From Savitreella phatthalungensis (Eukaryota), in assembly GCA_051599415.1 (NCBI GenBank), contig AP039693.1, positions 434,001 through 498,000 of the forward strand: 64,000 nt of DNA. Reading direction: 5' to 3'. Below, in pieces: positions 1-12,185 of this stretch. Position 1 is the stretch's first letter. Every line of letters begins with the position of its first letter. Under the pieces are notes generated by a model. It was not told where the DNA came from, did no database searches, and saw nothing but the letters and a program-made list of their open reading frames with translations. Made by a program: the position numbers and the translations under genes.

Positions 1-1135
1 TTACCGGGAGTGATGGTGAGAAGAGTGGCTTGTCTGTAAGGAGGTTGTGGATGAGTGGGTGTGCGCCGCCCGCGGTGTGGTGGGATGCGGCAGTCTGGGG
101 CGTCGTCACCACTGCTGACGCACCATCACCCAAGTACCCAAGCGCCGTCCGGCACAACTCCAAATTCCGCAAGTGGTGATCAGCCACCTCCCCAGACCCT
201 TCAGACTTCACTCCACCAGCGGACAACTCCCTCGCCAGCGCATCCGCCTCCTGGTGCAGGTTGATGAAGACGTGCGCGTGGGTGTGTGCGTTGCCAGGCT
301 TGGCGGCGCCTGCGCTGCGCTGTGGCGAGTGAATTCCACCGACCTGGTCTACGACGATCAACTTGTCGATGACGAGTGCAGATCTGCCGAGATCGTGTTG
401 AAAGGCGACGGACTCTGGCCTATGGCCGAACGCCCTGCAGAGTGCGATCAGCGCAGAGTCGAGCGTGACGGTCGATCTCCTGCACGACCTGTTCCACACA
501 CCACGACATCGGATTACGGGCACCTGCTGCCTGAGCACTGGCGCCTTGAGCGTCCTCGTGTCGTACACGCCAACACGACGCTTCGACCGCCGCGGCGTCG
601 ACGTCTCACGAGAATCCTCGAGCGAGAACAATCCGTCCTCGATCGGCCGTGCAGCCACACCAGCACGCTCGAGCATCAACACCAACCTCCCAGCCTCATC
701 TCTCCCGCCATCCCCTTCATCCACCACGACGATCGGCTGCAGACCGAGTCTCAGCAACTGCGCAAGCGTGCCCACAATACTCTCCATCAGCGAGTCTGAT
801 ATCCGGGCGGGATCGCGGATGCCAAGGAGTGCAACGTGGAGCGGCGACCTTGTCGTGATGGACGGTTCAGCGTGGAGGAGTGCGCCGTCGTCTGCGGTGT
901 TGAAGTGGTCGAGTGTGGAGGAAGGTGCGATCGATAGGGAGTCTGGCTTGTGGTAGGGCTGCTGGTATCGCTCGAGGTAGGCTCTCGCATCGCGCTTGGT
1001 CGCAGTCGCAGCCAAGATCGTCAAGAAGAAGTCCTTGTTCCGTTGAGACTCCGCATAGCTCGGCTTCACCTGGTTGATGATCCACCGAACACCAAGCCGC
1101 GAAACAAAACCCCGTGCACGGACCCCGAGCATCAT
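1..1135 (-). CDS. ARG2: Mitochondrial N-acetylglutamate synthase (amino-acid acetyltransferase), 3' part runs off the window start
   Basis: Not in the ORF track. Manual translation from ATG 1135 gives MMLGVRARGFVSRLGVRW (presequence-like), then KDFFLTILAATATKRDARAYLERY and HVALLGIRDP...TLAQLLRLGLQPIVVVD, typical of the fungal Arg2/arg-14 N-terminus. Confidence 0.85.
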   Translation of the reverse strand, partial: MMLGVRARGFVSRLGVRWIINQVKPSYAESQRNKDFFLTILAATATKRDARAYLERYQQPYHKPDSLSIAPSSTLDHFNTADDGALLHAEPSITTRSPLHVALLGIRDPARISDSLMESIVGTLAQLLRLGLQPIVVVDEGDGGRDEAGRLVLMLERAGVAARPIEDGLFSLEDSRETSTPRRSKRRVGVYDTRTLKAPVLRQQVPVIRCRGVWNRSCRRSTVTLDSALIALCRAFGHRPESVAFQHDLGRSALVIDKLIVVDQVGGIHSPQRSAGAAKPGNAHTHAHVFINLHQEADALARELSAGGVKSEGSGEVADHHLRNLELCRTALGYLGDGASAVVTTPQTAASHHTAGGAHPLIHNLLTDKPLFSPSLPV

Positions 1136-1228
1136 TCGAGATCCGTCCGCGCTATTGAAAGGTACTCTCTCAAGCAGCCATAGAAACAGTACTCCCTAGC
1201 GCTGTGACTATTGCCTTCACTAGCTATG

Positions 1229-1235
1229 TGACTCA
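1229..1235. promoter_or_regulatory. Gcn4/Cpc1-type TGACTCA site upstream of ARG2
   Basis: Exact TGACTCA about 95 bp upstream of the ARG2 ATG; a TGACTA variant lies at 1205-1210. Confidence 0.4.
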
Positions 1236-1404
1236 ACAAAGCAGTGTCTGGGATATACCATTGCGTCTGGGCATGAAGGGGGAAAAACTCCGGCTCCGCA
1301 ATTCCCTTCTGCCCATCCGGACACGACATAGACGACGCACCGGCAAAGTCACCTCTTATACGGCTGCCAGTCTTAGCATGCACGCTATTTTGTCTGCGGG
1401 AGGC

Positions 1405-2190
1405 ATGTTCAGAGTGCCTGTGTCTTCCGGGCGACCGCGCGTTAGGAAACGAGCCTTACAAGATCGCGAACGTGTCGAACTCAACGAAGAGGTACAGCAA
1501 GCAGAAGCGTCAGGCAGCGCGACCAGCGAGTCGGAGGACGACGCTGACGCTGCAGACAATCAAGCGACACCTGTAAACGACGAAGACGATGACGATCTAT
1601 ACTTGGAACCACGCAACACGCTTGTAGGGCAGCGCGCACGGCATCTCCAGGTCCTCACAGAACTCGTCCACCGGCTGATGCTGTCTGGCGAATGGGAGCG
1701 TGCGTTCAGTGCATACTCGCTTCTTCTGAGGACGGACAAGGTGGATGTGCGGCTGTGTTATTCTCAGGGCGTGGTGATTCTTGACCACATCGACCTGACA
1801 GGTGAAAAGGCGTGCGCGTTCCTGCAGCGGTTGGCGATTGCGCATCCAGCCCCGACGTCACGCCGGCTACGGGGTCCCGTGGGATCGACGGCCAGCGCAG
1901 CTCACGCAGGCGCAGTCCCGGGTAAGGCAGACCCAGGCCGAAAGCCGAACGCGCACGAGTTCGTGAGGGATCTTGCCCGGCACAGATCCGCCTTCGCCAT
2001 GCACGTCCAGCTCGTTGACGACCTCGACGAATACCTCCTCGTGCCTCCCTTCTCAGACGATCTCGAATTATGGACGCTCTACAGAAACGCAGTGGTACAG
2101 TGCCAATCACAACCGACGGTAAACGCAGTAGGACTCGAAATGAAGCTGAATCGCGCATGCGAGCGCATCCGCATCCTCAGTCGGACATGA
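1405..2190 (+). CDS. RRN11: RNA polymerase I core factor subunit, Rrn11-like
   Basis: MFRVP start resembles yeast MFEVP. Contains RHLQVLTELVHRLMLSGEWERAFSAYSLLLR, an Rrn11-type helical motif. An alternative ATG lies at 1378. Confidence 0.7.
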   Translation: MFRVPVSSGRPRVRKRALQDRERVELNEEVQQAEASGSATSESEDDADAADNQATPVNDEDDDDLYLEPRNTLVGQRARHLQVLTELVHRLMLSGEWERAFSAYSLLLRTDKVDVRLCYSQGVVILDHIDLTGEKACAFLQRLAIAHPAPTSRRLRGPVGSTASAAHAGAVPGKADPGRKPNAHEFVRDLARHRSAFAMHVQLVDDLDEYLLVPPFSDDLELWTLYRNAVVQCQSQPTVNAVGLEMKLNRACERIRILSRT

Positions 2191-3047
2191 GCAACTTCGG
2201 AGATGCCGTGACGATCATGATAGATGATGACAATAATGACGATGATGATGATGAGTATAAGATTGTACAGTGACTTGATGTCGATCGCGATGGCCCTATG
2301 CCTGCTCTTGTTGCTGCTTCTCAAACTCCTTGACGCGACGCTTGAAGCTGTGAGGTGTCAGTCATCTGTGTACGTGCCATTCGATCCTGGAATTAATAGG
2401 GTGACGCACTCGTCGTATTGGCACTTCTCGTAGCTGTGGCGCTCGTCAACGCATCTGAACGGCATGTAGAAATTCTCGTTCCGGCACTGTTTGATTTGCG
2501 TCAGTCAAAATGTCCAGCGTCTCACCTCTGCCCTATATACGAGCGGTAGCGGAAGAAGATCAGCGTACCCTATTGAGCGGAATCAGGAGACCCGCGCAGT
2601 TGTCGCGCCAACCAAGTGGAAGTCTAGCAGCCTCCATCTCAGCGGCCGTCGCTGTCGTAGAAGGCTTCGACGTGCCGAAGACTGATTCCAGCATCTTCGA
2701 ACTTACAGTCTACAAAGCTGTAGCTTCGTTCAGAGGCGAGCTTCTTGAGAGATATCAAGAGGGAAGTATGAGTGTGTCAGTCTGTTGCTGATTCTGTGCT
2801 ACGCGATGCACAAGAATTTTTGTGGCGGGGGGATACACGTGATGTGGCGCTGACTGGGCCATGCACGTGTCTGGAGTATGTCTTCCGACGCGCTCAACGG
2901 CACATGCACCATCATTCAAGACCGGCTTCAGCGGGCACTTTCCTGCTCTTGAGTGCAGAACACCTTCGGGGGGTTGATCAGGATCAAGGGCAAGCTTTTT
3001 GTTTCGTCATCTCTTGCATCGTTCAGGCCCTAACGTGAGCTGCAGCC

Positions 3048-5213
3048 ATGGCGGCAGACACAGTCTATAAGGCTACCTACTCGAGCGTGCCAGTCTATGA
3101 GACGCTGATCAAGGGCGTGCCGGTCATGCGCAGGCGCAAAGATGACTGGCTCAATGCTACACAGATCTTAAAAGTTGCAGGATTTGACAAGCCCCAACGG
3201 ACACGGATCCTCGAACGTGAGGTTCAAATAGGCGAACACGAAAAGGTGCAGGGTGGGTACGGCAAGTACCAGGGAACCTGGATTCCTTTCCCTCGAGGGC
3301 AAGAGCTCTGCTCGCAGTACGAAATCGACGGGCTCATGAGACCTATCCTGATATTCAGACCTGGCTCAGTGTCGCCTCCGCCAGCACCGAAGCACATCAC
3401 AGCGACAAGAGCACCGAGAGTTCCTGGAGGTGCTGCGAATGCACGTGGCGCCGGTCGTAAGAAGCAGATCTCACGAGAGCAGCAGCAACAGAATCAGCAC
3501 CTCGAGGCACTCAGGCAGCAGCAGAAGCAGCTGGATCAGCAGCAACAGCAGTCGTCAGCGGCATATATGGCGAGAAGGGCCCCATTGCCGTCTGCTTCAG
3601 AGATCTCAGACGCAAGCATTGCCGATGAGGTGGAGAGCATGCGAAGTGCCTCACCAGATCGGACAGATGTATCGGAGGAAGTCCCATCTCCTCGCGCCAA
3701 CGAGGAGGAAGAGCCAGAGGACGACAATCGTGCGGCGATGTTCCACGACATGCATTACTCTTCAGCTCACATCTCGAGCTACGCCGAGAAGTTGCTCGAG
3801 TTCTTCACAGACCCAAAGCGATTCGCAATGCCCGATTTTTTGCGCGAACCACCGCCGGACTTCAATCCGAATGCGACGATCGACGACGAAGGCCACACAG
3901 CCTTGCACTGGGCCAGTGCGATGGGACTTCTTGAGGTCGTTGGCTATCTCCTGAGAGCAGGTGCCGATGTCACACAGGGCAATGCACAGATGCAGACGCC
4001 CTTGATGCGGGTGGTTGCGTTCTGCAACAACTACGATCTCAAGGTTTTTCCGCAGATTGTGGGCATGTTGCGCGACAGCGTTGTTTACGGCGACGACGAG
4101 AAGCGCACCGTCTTCCACCACATCGCCATCATGACTGCTCAGCACGGCCGCGCAAAGCAGCAAGCCGCCCGATACTACGCAGAGCAACTGCTCGCCCTTC
4201 TGACTAAGACGCTGCCCGCGCAAAAGCTGCAGACTCTGCTAAATGCGCAAGACAGATTCGGCGACACAGCACTGACCCTGGCCGCACGAAATGGCGCAAA
4301 GAAGCTCTGGAAGATCCTACTGGCCTACCAGGCATCTCCGGCAATACAGAACGCGGATGGTCGGACTGCGCAGGAGTACATCGATGCACACGAAGCGTCC
4401 GGGAGAGCGATGCTGCTCTCTTCATCCCCGATCGGCGCTGGCGGCAACATGGCTCATCTGCCTGGCGATGCTGGTGGTGTGACGTCGACAGTGCCTGCGA
4501 TCCTGTACGAGACGGAGGTGGCTCAGCGAACATCGCGTCGCGCAGCCCCGGAAATGCACGATCTCATGCAGGAGCTCGCCGATGGATACGAGCGCTCGCT
4601 GAAGGAGCTGGGTGAGAGTGTCGAGCAGGCTCGACAAACCGCGCGTGAGATGCGTGTGGAAATCGAGACATTGAGAAAGAAGCTCGATCGATCAGAAATC
4701 ATCGACCTCGATGTGCAGCTGCGTGCGGCCCGAGAAGACGAGCGGCTAGCAAAAGAAGAGCTCAAATCTGTGGTCGAGCGATCGCAAGCACGAGGACTCC
4801 AAGCACTCCTTGCAGACGAGCTGCAAAAGGACGAGGCAACTCTATCGAGCGACAACGATCTCCCAGACGACTGCGATCTGCTCCAGAAGAAGCTCAAGCA
4901 GGCGGTCGAAGACCGGAAGCGTCAAGTGGACGAGATTGTGACCATCTTCGGAGATGCAGGCACGGGAGAACGCATGTCAGACTATCGCCGGCTAATTGCG
5001 ATCTCGACTGGCCTTCACCCGGACGAAGTAGATGATATGCTCGGCCCCATGATTGAACTCCTCGCCGGAAGCGCAGACCCTGAGGAAGACGATCACGAGC
5101 ACGAGCCTGACAACAAGCACGAGCAAGAGCACGACACAACGCCGATGCCATTATTAGTCCATGAGGGATCCCACAAATCTGAAGTCAATGGTGACATCGC
5201 TATGACCGGATGA
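3048..5213 (+). CDS. MBP1: MBF/SBF-type APSES (KilA-N) transcription factor with ankyrin repeats (Mbp1/Res2)
   Basis: VMRRRKDDWLNATQILKVAG...HEKVQGGYGKYQGTW DNA-binding domain, ankyrin motifs GHTALHWA and GDTALTLAA, and a C-terminal coiled coil. Confidence 0.92.
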   Translation: MAADTVYKATYSSVPVYETLIKGVPVMRRRKDDWLNATQILKVAGFDKPQRTRILEREVQIGEHEKVQGGYGKYQGTWIPFPRGQELCSQYEIDGLMRPILIFRPGSVSPPPAPKHITATRAPRVPGGAANARGAGRKKQISREQQQQNQHLEALRQQQKQLDQQQQQSSAAYMARRAPLPSASEISDASIADEVESMRSASPDRTDVSEEVPSPRANEEEEPEDDNRAAMFHDMHYSSAHISSYAEKLLEFFTDPKRFAMPDFLREPPPDFNPNATIDDEGHTALHWASAMGLLEVVGYLLRAGADVTQGNAQMQTPLMRVVAFCNNYDLKVFPQIVGMLRDSVVYGDDEKRTVFHHIAIMTAQHGRAKQQAARYYAEQLLALLTKTLPAQKLQTLLNAQDRFGDTALTLAARNGAKKLWKILLAYQASPAIQNADGRTAQEYIDAHEASGRAMLLSSSPIGAGGNMAHLPGDAGGVTSTVPAILYETEVAQRTSRRAAPEMHDLMQELADGYERSLKELGESVEQARQTAREMRVEIETLRKKLDRSEIIDLDVQLRAAREDERLAKEELKSVVERSQARGLQALLADELQKDEATLSSDNDLPDDCDLLQKKLKQAVEDRKRQVDEIVTIFGDAGTGERMSDYRRLIAISTGLHPDEVDDMLGPMIELLAGSADPEEDDHEHEPDNKHEQEHDTTPMPLLVHEGSHKSEVNGDIAMTG

Positions 5214-8200
5214 GCTTGATGAACCCTGAGCATACTTCAAACAGCTACACAGGAGGTAGTGGATGTAACGATGATAACGAATTCAAAGTACAGTATCAGG
5301 ATTTCCATTAGCGCCAGTCGTTCATGCTGACTCAGAGTCTGCACTCAACAGCTGTTTCCTGATCATGCCCGCGATGTGCATATAATGTTCGGTTTCGACT
5401 AAGCGGTGCCGCCACTTCGAAAGTCAAATCTATTGTTTGTCAAGATCACCACAGATCTTATGTGGTGAGCGACACTTGATGACAAGATGCGATGAGCTGA
5501 GTTCTACCGCCGGGCGATGGTGTAGCAAATTGTGAAACGAGTCATCATAGTGGTAAGTTGAGGCAATGAGCATTCATAGTGCTCGATCATCTGAGAGCAC
5601 CGTTCACACACAGCTTGCTCGTAAGGACTCGCGGCTTGAACAATAAGAGAACATCTTTCACAGTGTGCTATGACGGCAGCTGAGGCGACATGACTACAAG
5701 GCTCATCCTTGCATTCCCGTACCCATGTCGATCACATGAAAGTCATTCATTTTCTACATTTCATCGTGAAGGCAAGTATGATCCAAAACACGAGTACTCA
5801 TCAGAATTTCAAAGATCGCCTTAAAGCTGTTCTTTAAGACAACCAGAGTGTCAAGATCTGGTATTCACTGAAGATTTGCAGTTCTCTCGTCGAAGTTACC
5901 CAATCGAGCAGTTTAAACCGGCCAGAGTTCGAGACTCGATTGAGAGAGTATCGTGGCTTCCATTGATATGATTCTAGCTTCTGTGGCTTTCAGAATCTCT
6001 TCACAAGACGACCAAACATAAGTCAGCTCAAGAGGAGTTGGAAGGTGGGGAACAAGATGAGTAAAATCCACTCTGGTGAGCACATGTGTCCTAGGTGAAA
6101 GCGTGTTTGGGAAGCCCACAGGGAAGAAGCTCTAAATTAATCTAAGCATGTCTAATTTGCCCTTTTTTGAGCCCCACGGCCGCAATCACGGAAGGCTATT
6201 GTGAATTTGATTCTTAGATGTACTATGACCAATTATGAAGTGGGCACCACCCGTGTTGAGTTAACTTTGCTGATCTTCGTATAGTACACCCACATGCCTA
6301 CTACATTTGCACGACATGAAACAGATCTTGAGCATCTTCAGCGTAAGGATCAGCAGATCAGATACTGGACTTAGCAGGTGTGTAATTTCCACTGTATCAT
6401 AGCAGCAGAGAAAACGTCTTCAGGATCTGCAAAAGCACGCATTAGGTCGCATGTTGGGTATGTATACAGCCATCCACATGTGCTCGAAGAAGTACCACCG
6501 GAAATGATGGATAACACGGTGATCTTACCCATAGAGAATACTCTGGCATGTCGTGTTGTTGTAGGCAAAGCCCCACTTGTCTCACAGACAGATCTGATTG
6601 TGATCGCCGACTTTGAAAGCCGTGGGACGACAGCCGTGGAATGGGTGGCGGACTATTACGCGAGCGCACTAGCTGCACATTCCGGCTCTTGTCACTGCAG
6701 GAGATAAGTGGCAGTGTAGACGCATGCAGCAACTCGAAGTCACGCGTCTCAATCAGCTCCGGTCTGCTCCCGATACATTCGGCGAAGACGGCGGCAAGAG
6801 CGGAAATTGCGGCTATAGTCTAGGCCAAACAATCAATCAGCTAAGGGACAACGCATTGCACGAGCCGTGACCGTTTTCCCAAACTGCACATGTCGTCGCG
6901 GTTAAAGTGTTCGGAGAAAACATGCGCGGCTAAAATGGGAAACAGGATGTACAGGTGGGGCCATGCTAGTCACTCTTCCCGGTGCTGGGTCCTGATCAAC
7001 ATCTAGGTGGATCCAAGCGACAAGTGATAGAGGATCACTGATCAGATTGTATGATCCTCAAGCTGGAGTCTGACTGATCTGCGAAGAGTATGGCTATGGC
7101 TGGCTGGTTGCGTGAGTCGTTGGAATGAGCCGGAGCGCTTACTTGATGTCAAATCTCCTGCGACTCGGACAACTCACCGAATCAATACAATATAATCAAC
7201 TCCATTCACAGACTCTCATACTTCACCGTGCACATTCATACGATGCTCGCGAGTTTCCTGAGACAGGAGCAGAATCTTACGCGTGAGGCACCTTTGTGAG
7301 AGTGGCCATGCTTATCCTCGTTCTCCGCCGATCTGATGCTCGTCACTGGCATTGCTAACAATTGTTGTGAAATCTTCCGAAGAGGAGGATCGCGTGGCAG
7401 ACTCGTGTTCATAGGTCATCTCTTCACATTCAATCAATAATGAAAGGAAGAGCAACAGAGACACCACTCAAACAACCTATAGGAGCCAGAGTCACACGCG
7501 TGATTAATTGCCGTGTGCTGCATGCGTCCTAGCGTGTGATAGCCATTTTGTGTCAGACAGGATGCAAATGTTAGCAGGCCAGCGACTGTAGCTCTAGCTC
7601 TTGCTATAGCTGTATCAGTAGCACTAGCAGTGGCTCCAGATAGCGGAGTTATGAGAGCAGATGACGATGCGTGTCAGAACGTGCGTCGTACAGTCAAGTC
7701 GCACAGAATTGAAATCTCATGTACAATGGTGATATTCAGCCTAATGCTCTACTCACACATCGCTCAGCTGGCTATCCCACCGTCGTCAGGTTGCAAATGA
7801 TTCAGGAGCATGGCGATGAGAGCAACAAGGCAAGCTAGCATCAGTCATGAAGGGCTTATATCAATAGCGCTCACGATCCAGAATTCAAAGACACTTTCAT
7901 TTTCCATCCCGACCATTCTCATCCACCTCTACGCACTTCTCTAGTCTTCTGTTTTCTGGTGAACTTCATTGGAGTCTGGAACTTGGTCCAGAGAGTCTGG
8001 AAGATTGAGCCCCGCTCACACTTGATCCTGTCGTTCGCTGTCTTGACCAGAAAGTTGATGGGTGCTCAGCTAGACCACATGCCGAAGAATATCTGATTGG
8101 TTTGTTGCCCGAGATAATTGACGCCATTCTACACGGCAGCACTTTGATTGGCGGACGGCTACGCCAGTCAAATCATCGTCCGACAGCCCCTTCAACCACT

Positions 8201-9295
8201 ATCAATTCATCTTAAAGTCTTCTTCGACCAGGGAATCCAGCTAGGATTTTACACCAGTAAGACTAGTGCGCTTGAGCTTCACATTGTCACAGTACGCGCC
8301 GACGTGTCCTCCGATTAGCAATCCAGGCCCCACTCACGCACAAATTCACGCATCCGCCAGGATTACCCTTACCAATCTATCGTTCTGTGGTAACAATACC
8401 TTGACGAGGAGCGGCAGCTGCAAAGTCCGCTTTGCTCCCAGCGTACACTGACCTTTACCAAGTCTGCGGACGAGGGGCATTCCGCTGTACAGCGCGGCCG
8501 CATATTCTACTGCTCGAATAACCGTCGTCCGCCCACATCGTCAGCGCTTCAACGTCGAGTCCTCTTCAAGTTCTTGATCACCTAGTCCTCGTTCATCCTT
8601 CAGAAACCATCCACTGGCCGTCCGGGAACCGAAACCCCAGCCGTCAGACAAAATACTTTGATCGCATTTCTCATTCTCGTTCTCTGGGTCTGTTCTTGCC
8701 AGACACTCGTTCCACTTTCTTAAAGCAATTGCATCGAATCGCTGGCTGAATCCCATCCTTGCAAAAGGCTCTCTTGCCGGACCTGGACAAATCTGGTCTT
8801 TTCTGTGGTCCGAGCGGTCCCGGCTCTGTGGTATTCAATCACAGGTCAAATTGGAGCAACTACGGCGCTGAAGCCATCGACTGAAGACTTGATCAAATTA
8901 CTCTAATCTGCACTCACAGGGAAAAGTCAGAAGCTCGTTTGAGAGGTCTCAGAAGGTGATTGTACAAGCTTGGAGGATCGGGACTAAAGTTTATCAGAGA
9001 CACCGAGCCACAGAATTGACCAGTCAGAACACCGCGTCTCACCTCGTACAGTGTGCACAAGAAGCATAGCTCAGCCATCATCACGAAGACAAGACTCATT
9101 GTCACGGACACTTTTTGCTTCTCGAACGGTCTCTCGTGAGTGATTCTGACATCTTGGATACTCACGCAGCGCACAAGGACAGTCGCTCGGCGCGGTATCA
9201 GTCTCATCATCTCGCTACCAACTCAACGTGACACTCCTTAAGGCTGACGGCGTCTCACCGCAAGAGCGATTCGCGATCCTGGAGAGGACTGTGCC

Positions 9296-11932
9296 ATGCC
9301 GATGGTAACCCCAAATGCTCACATGCCACCATATTTGGCTAATGCTGGGTCGGAGTTCGACTTTCTCGACCCTATAGTCGGCGGCTATGAGCTGCCACCA
9401 CAGTTCTTGCCTCCCACTGGCCCACAGGCGCGCCCGATGCTTCCGCCCACCAATACCGGCATGATGATGCAGGCAGGAACATGGCAGATGTCGGAATCGT
9501 CTCCGACGCATGCACAGGAGCCTAGATCTGCCATGACCTCGCCTGACACACCGTCAGGCAAAGCGCCGAAGAAGAGAGTCAAGTCCGGCTGTCTCACTTG
9601 CAGAAAGAGGCGAATCAAATGCGGCGAAGAGAAGCCAGTTTGCGTCAATTGCGCGAAGACGCGCCGTCACTGCGAACCGGCTGTGGTACCTCCACCGAGC
9701 GCGCGCCAACAGAAGGCTGCCTTAGCACGAGAACGCAGCAAGGCGAGGCGTCGGCAGTCAACAGGCGCCGCAAGCTTCGAGGAGTCAGACCTAGATATGC
9801 AGGCCTTGCGTCGCGAGTCAAACATGCTGTCCTCCTCGGCCGATCAAGCGCACGTGCCAGGCTCGTTCTTTCCGATAGGAAATTTCCACTCGCCACTCGA
9901 TCAGTCGGGTGCCTTCAGCAGCGCCAACCTCACACCAGACCTAGTCGATAGCCAAGTCTCTCCACAATTGCTACAGCCGCCGACCCAAGCTGTACATGGC
10001 CGGCAATACTCGCCGAACGAGCTCATTGGCCCAGGTTCCGGCGACGACCTGCTCTTCAACGAATGGGCACCCCCACTCACCACGCCGACCTCGATCCATG
10101 AGTCGCAGGACACGTACTTTCCACGGCAACAATCTTTCCGCTCAGTCGGCTCGTCTTCGTTTGATTCCTCGTCATACCACTACACGGCCGACCCTCCAAC
10201 GGCAACTGCTGCAACAGCTGCACAGCCTTCTTCTCTTGTGAAGCACGATGATTTGCTTCAGTACTTCATGACTAAAATTGCACTGCCATTCGTGGTGCTG
10301 GACGAAACACGTGAGGCTTACGGCACGGTCAGCTCCACGAAGATGTATATCCGACCGAGCAACTTTTGGTCGTTCGTCATTCCCGGCATGGCTGTCAAGT
10401 CACCGGCGCTGTTGCAATCGATCTATGCAATTGCGTCCCTGCAACGCGCCAACGCAGCAGGTGATCAGGTCCCGAGTACACTCGAACATTACTTTGGTGC
10501 CATAAAATCGCTTGGTGAAGCGCTCCAGCAGCCTGATGCCATGGATCGGGATGACATTCTAGCTTCCATGCTTCTGCTCGCCTACCATGATACCAGCTCG
10601 GGCGAAGTTCACAGGTGGGGCAAGCACCTGCGCGGCGCTAGGGATTTCGTCAGACATCGCATCATGCAGCGTCCGAAGCCAGGATCGAGCTACATCGCAC
10701 GTCCGACGCCGACAGACAATTTGATCTGGTGCTACATCTCACAAGACGTTGCACAAAGCTTCATCGGTGGCAATCGTCTCATGCTCGGTGCCGACATGAT
10801 CGAGGCAATGCCTTGTCGAGGCGAGCCTGGAGGCATCATGCACGCAAACGACGTCGTGCGCAAGGTCATTGCGCGACTCAACGATTTTGTGGCGATCGAC
10901 AGGCAACGTAAGGAGGCTATAGCCTCACGTGCAGAGCGCTCGCCTGCACCCCAACACGTTCTCGCGAACGACGCACGTGCACTCGCCCAAGCACAACACG
11001 ATTGGCGAGATATCTCTGCTCGCATCCAGAGCACGCAAGCACGTCTCAACGAGCAATTTAAGGGCTTCGATCTCATCAATGGCGAACCATCCTCGCAGAC
11101 TCCATTTGGACCAGCCCTCGCCTTTGCGCATCCAGGTATCTCGTCGGCTATGGCACTTTTGCTCACAGCCGCGCTCGTCTGCCATCGCTCCAGGCCCGAA
11201 TTGTCGCCAATCCCAGCAGAGGCGATCAAGGCTACTGCCCCGATGACTTTCGGCCTCAGTGTCACAATCATCCGCATCTTTGCTGGCATCGTCTCTTCGA
11301 CTGCAAAATCGATGAGACATGCGGCACCGACTCCAGTGTCTGTACCGGGAGGTTCTGCAGGAGCAGGTGGCTCCGCCGACAATGCGTCCTTCACTACAGC
11401 CGTCATCAATTGCGTTATTCCAGGTCTCGTGTCAGGAGTCGTCCTACGCGATAACTCACAGCGTGATTTCCTCTCGCGCATATTCGAGGACGCGTACGCT
11501 CTCACCAACTGGAAGACCTGCCTACGCTGCTTGCAGGCTTGCGATGTCGCGTGGGAGCGGCCCTCAGTTCGGCGATTTCCGAATCTTCCGATGAGTGTCA
11601 GCACTTACGACTCGGCCATCGAGCGGGAGCAATCTTCAGTAGGCCGCGCCTCGTCGATCGCCGGTGGGTCTCTTGCCCGCGGAGCGGCTTCGCCTTACTC
11701 GCGGCCCTCTTCTGCGCAAGCGTCGCAATCTCCTGTGTCGAAGTCGCATGCTCTTTCCTCCGCAGATACATCGAGCATTATGCCGACGAAATACATCGAG
11801 CTCGATTCCGCCCAGCGGCTCAACGAATGCGTTGGTATCCTCGGCAATCTGCAACTCAAGCAGGAAGTGGCCGCTATGCTCGGTGACCGTCGTGTTGGCA
11901 TGACAGACGACTGCGAAACCCTGCTCATGTGA
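9296..11932 (+). CDS. Zn(II)2Cys6 transcription factor with fungal-specific (Fungal_trans_2-like) C-terminal domain
   Basis: GCLTCRKRRIKCGEEKPVCVNCAKTRRHC binuclear cluster in an 878-aa intronless ORF. Confidence 0.9.
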   Translation: MPMVTPNAHMPPYLANAGSEFDFLDPIVGGYELPPQFLPPTGPQARPMLPPTNTGMMMQAGTWQMSESSPTHAQEPRSAMTSPDTPSGKAPKKRVKSGCLTCRKRRIKCGEEKPVCVNCAKTRRHCEPAVVPPPSARQQKAALARERSKARRRQSTGAASFEESDLDMQALRRESNMLSSSADQAHVPGSFFPIGNFHSPLDQSGAFSSANLTPDLVDSQVSPQLLQPPTQAVHGRQYSPNELIGPGSGDDLLFNEWAPPLTTPTSIHESQDTYFPRQQSFRSVGSSSFDSSSYHYTADPPTATAATAAQPSSLVKHDDLLQYFMTKIALPFVVLDETREAYGTVSSTKMYIRPSNFWSFVIPGMAVKSPALLQSIYAIASLQRANAAGDQVPSTLEHYFGAIKSLGEALQQPDAMDRDDILASMLLLAYHDTSSGEVHRWGKHLRGARDFVRHRIMQRPKPGSSYIARPTPTDNLIWCYISQDVAQSFIGGNRLMLGADMIEAMPCRGEPGGIMHANDVVRKVIARLNDFVAIDRQRKEAIASRAERSPAPQHVLANDARALAQAQHDWRDISARIQSTQARLNEQFKGFDLINGEPSSQTPFGPALAFAHPGISSAMALLLTAALVCHRSRPELSPIPAEAIKATAPMTFGLSVTIIRIFAGIVSSTAKSMRHAAPTPVSVPGGSAGAGGSADNASFTTAVINCVIPGLVSGVVLRDNSQRDFLSRIFEDAYALTNWKTCLRCLQACDVAWERPSVRRFPNLPMSVSTYDSAIEREQSSVGRASSIAGGSLARGAASPYSRPSSAQASQSPVSKSHALSSADTSSIMPTKYIELDSAQRLNECVGILGNLQLKQEVAAMLGDRRVGMTDDCETLLM

Positions 11933-12185
11933 TCCATCGATTCAGTAAATCCCTTAATGTCTCGCAACATCGCAGCATCGTTCCTTCACTCCATCATCTT
12001 CAACGATCTATCAAGTCAGCACATGCCTCGCCTGATCTCATCATATCAGCAGGCACTTCTACTCTTTTATCAACGAATTTCAACTCCTCCGGTGGCGTCT
12101 CGGCAAGTCTTTTAATTCTCTTATCTTGAACTCATAAAGTTTACCATCGTTGGTTTGTGCAAAACGTGACCTCGGTTGACTATCC

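Noticed and set aside
173..956. + strand ORFs of 208 and 163 aa
   Set aside because: They are antisense shadows of the minus-strand ARG2 gene.
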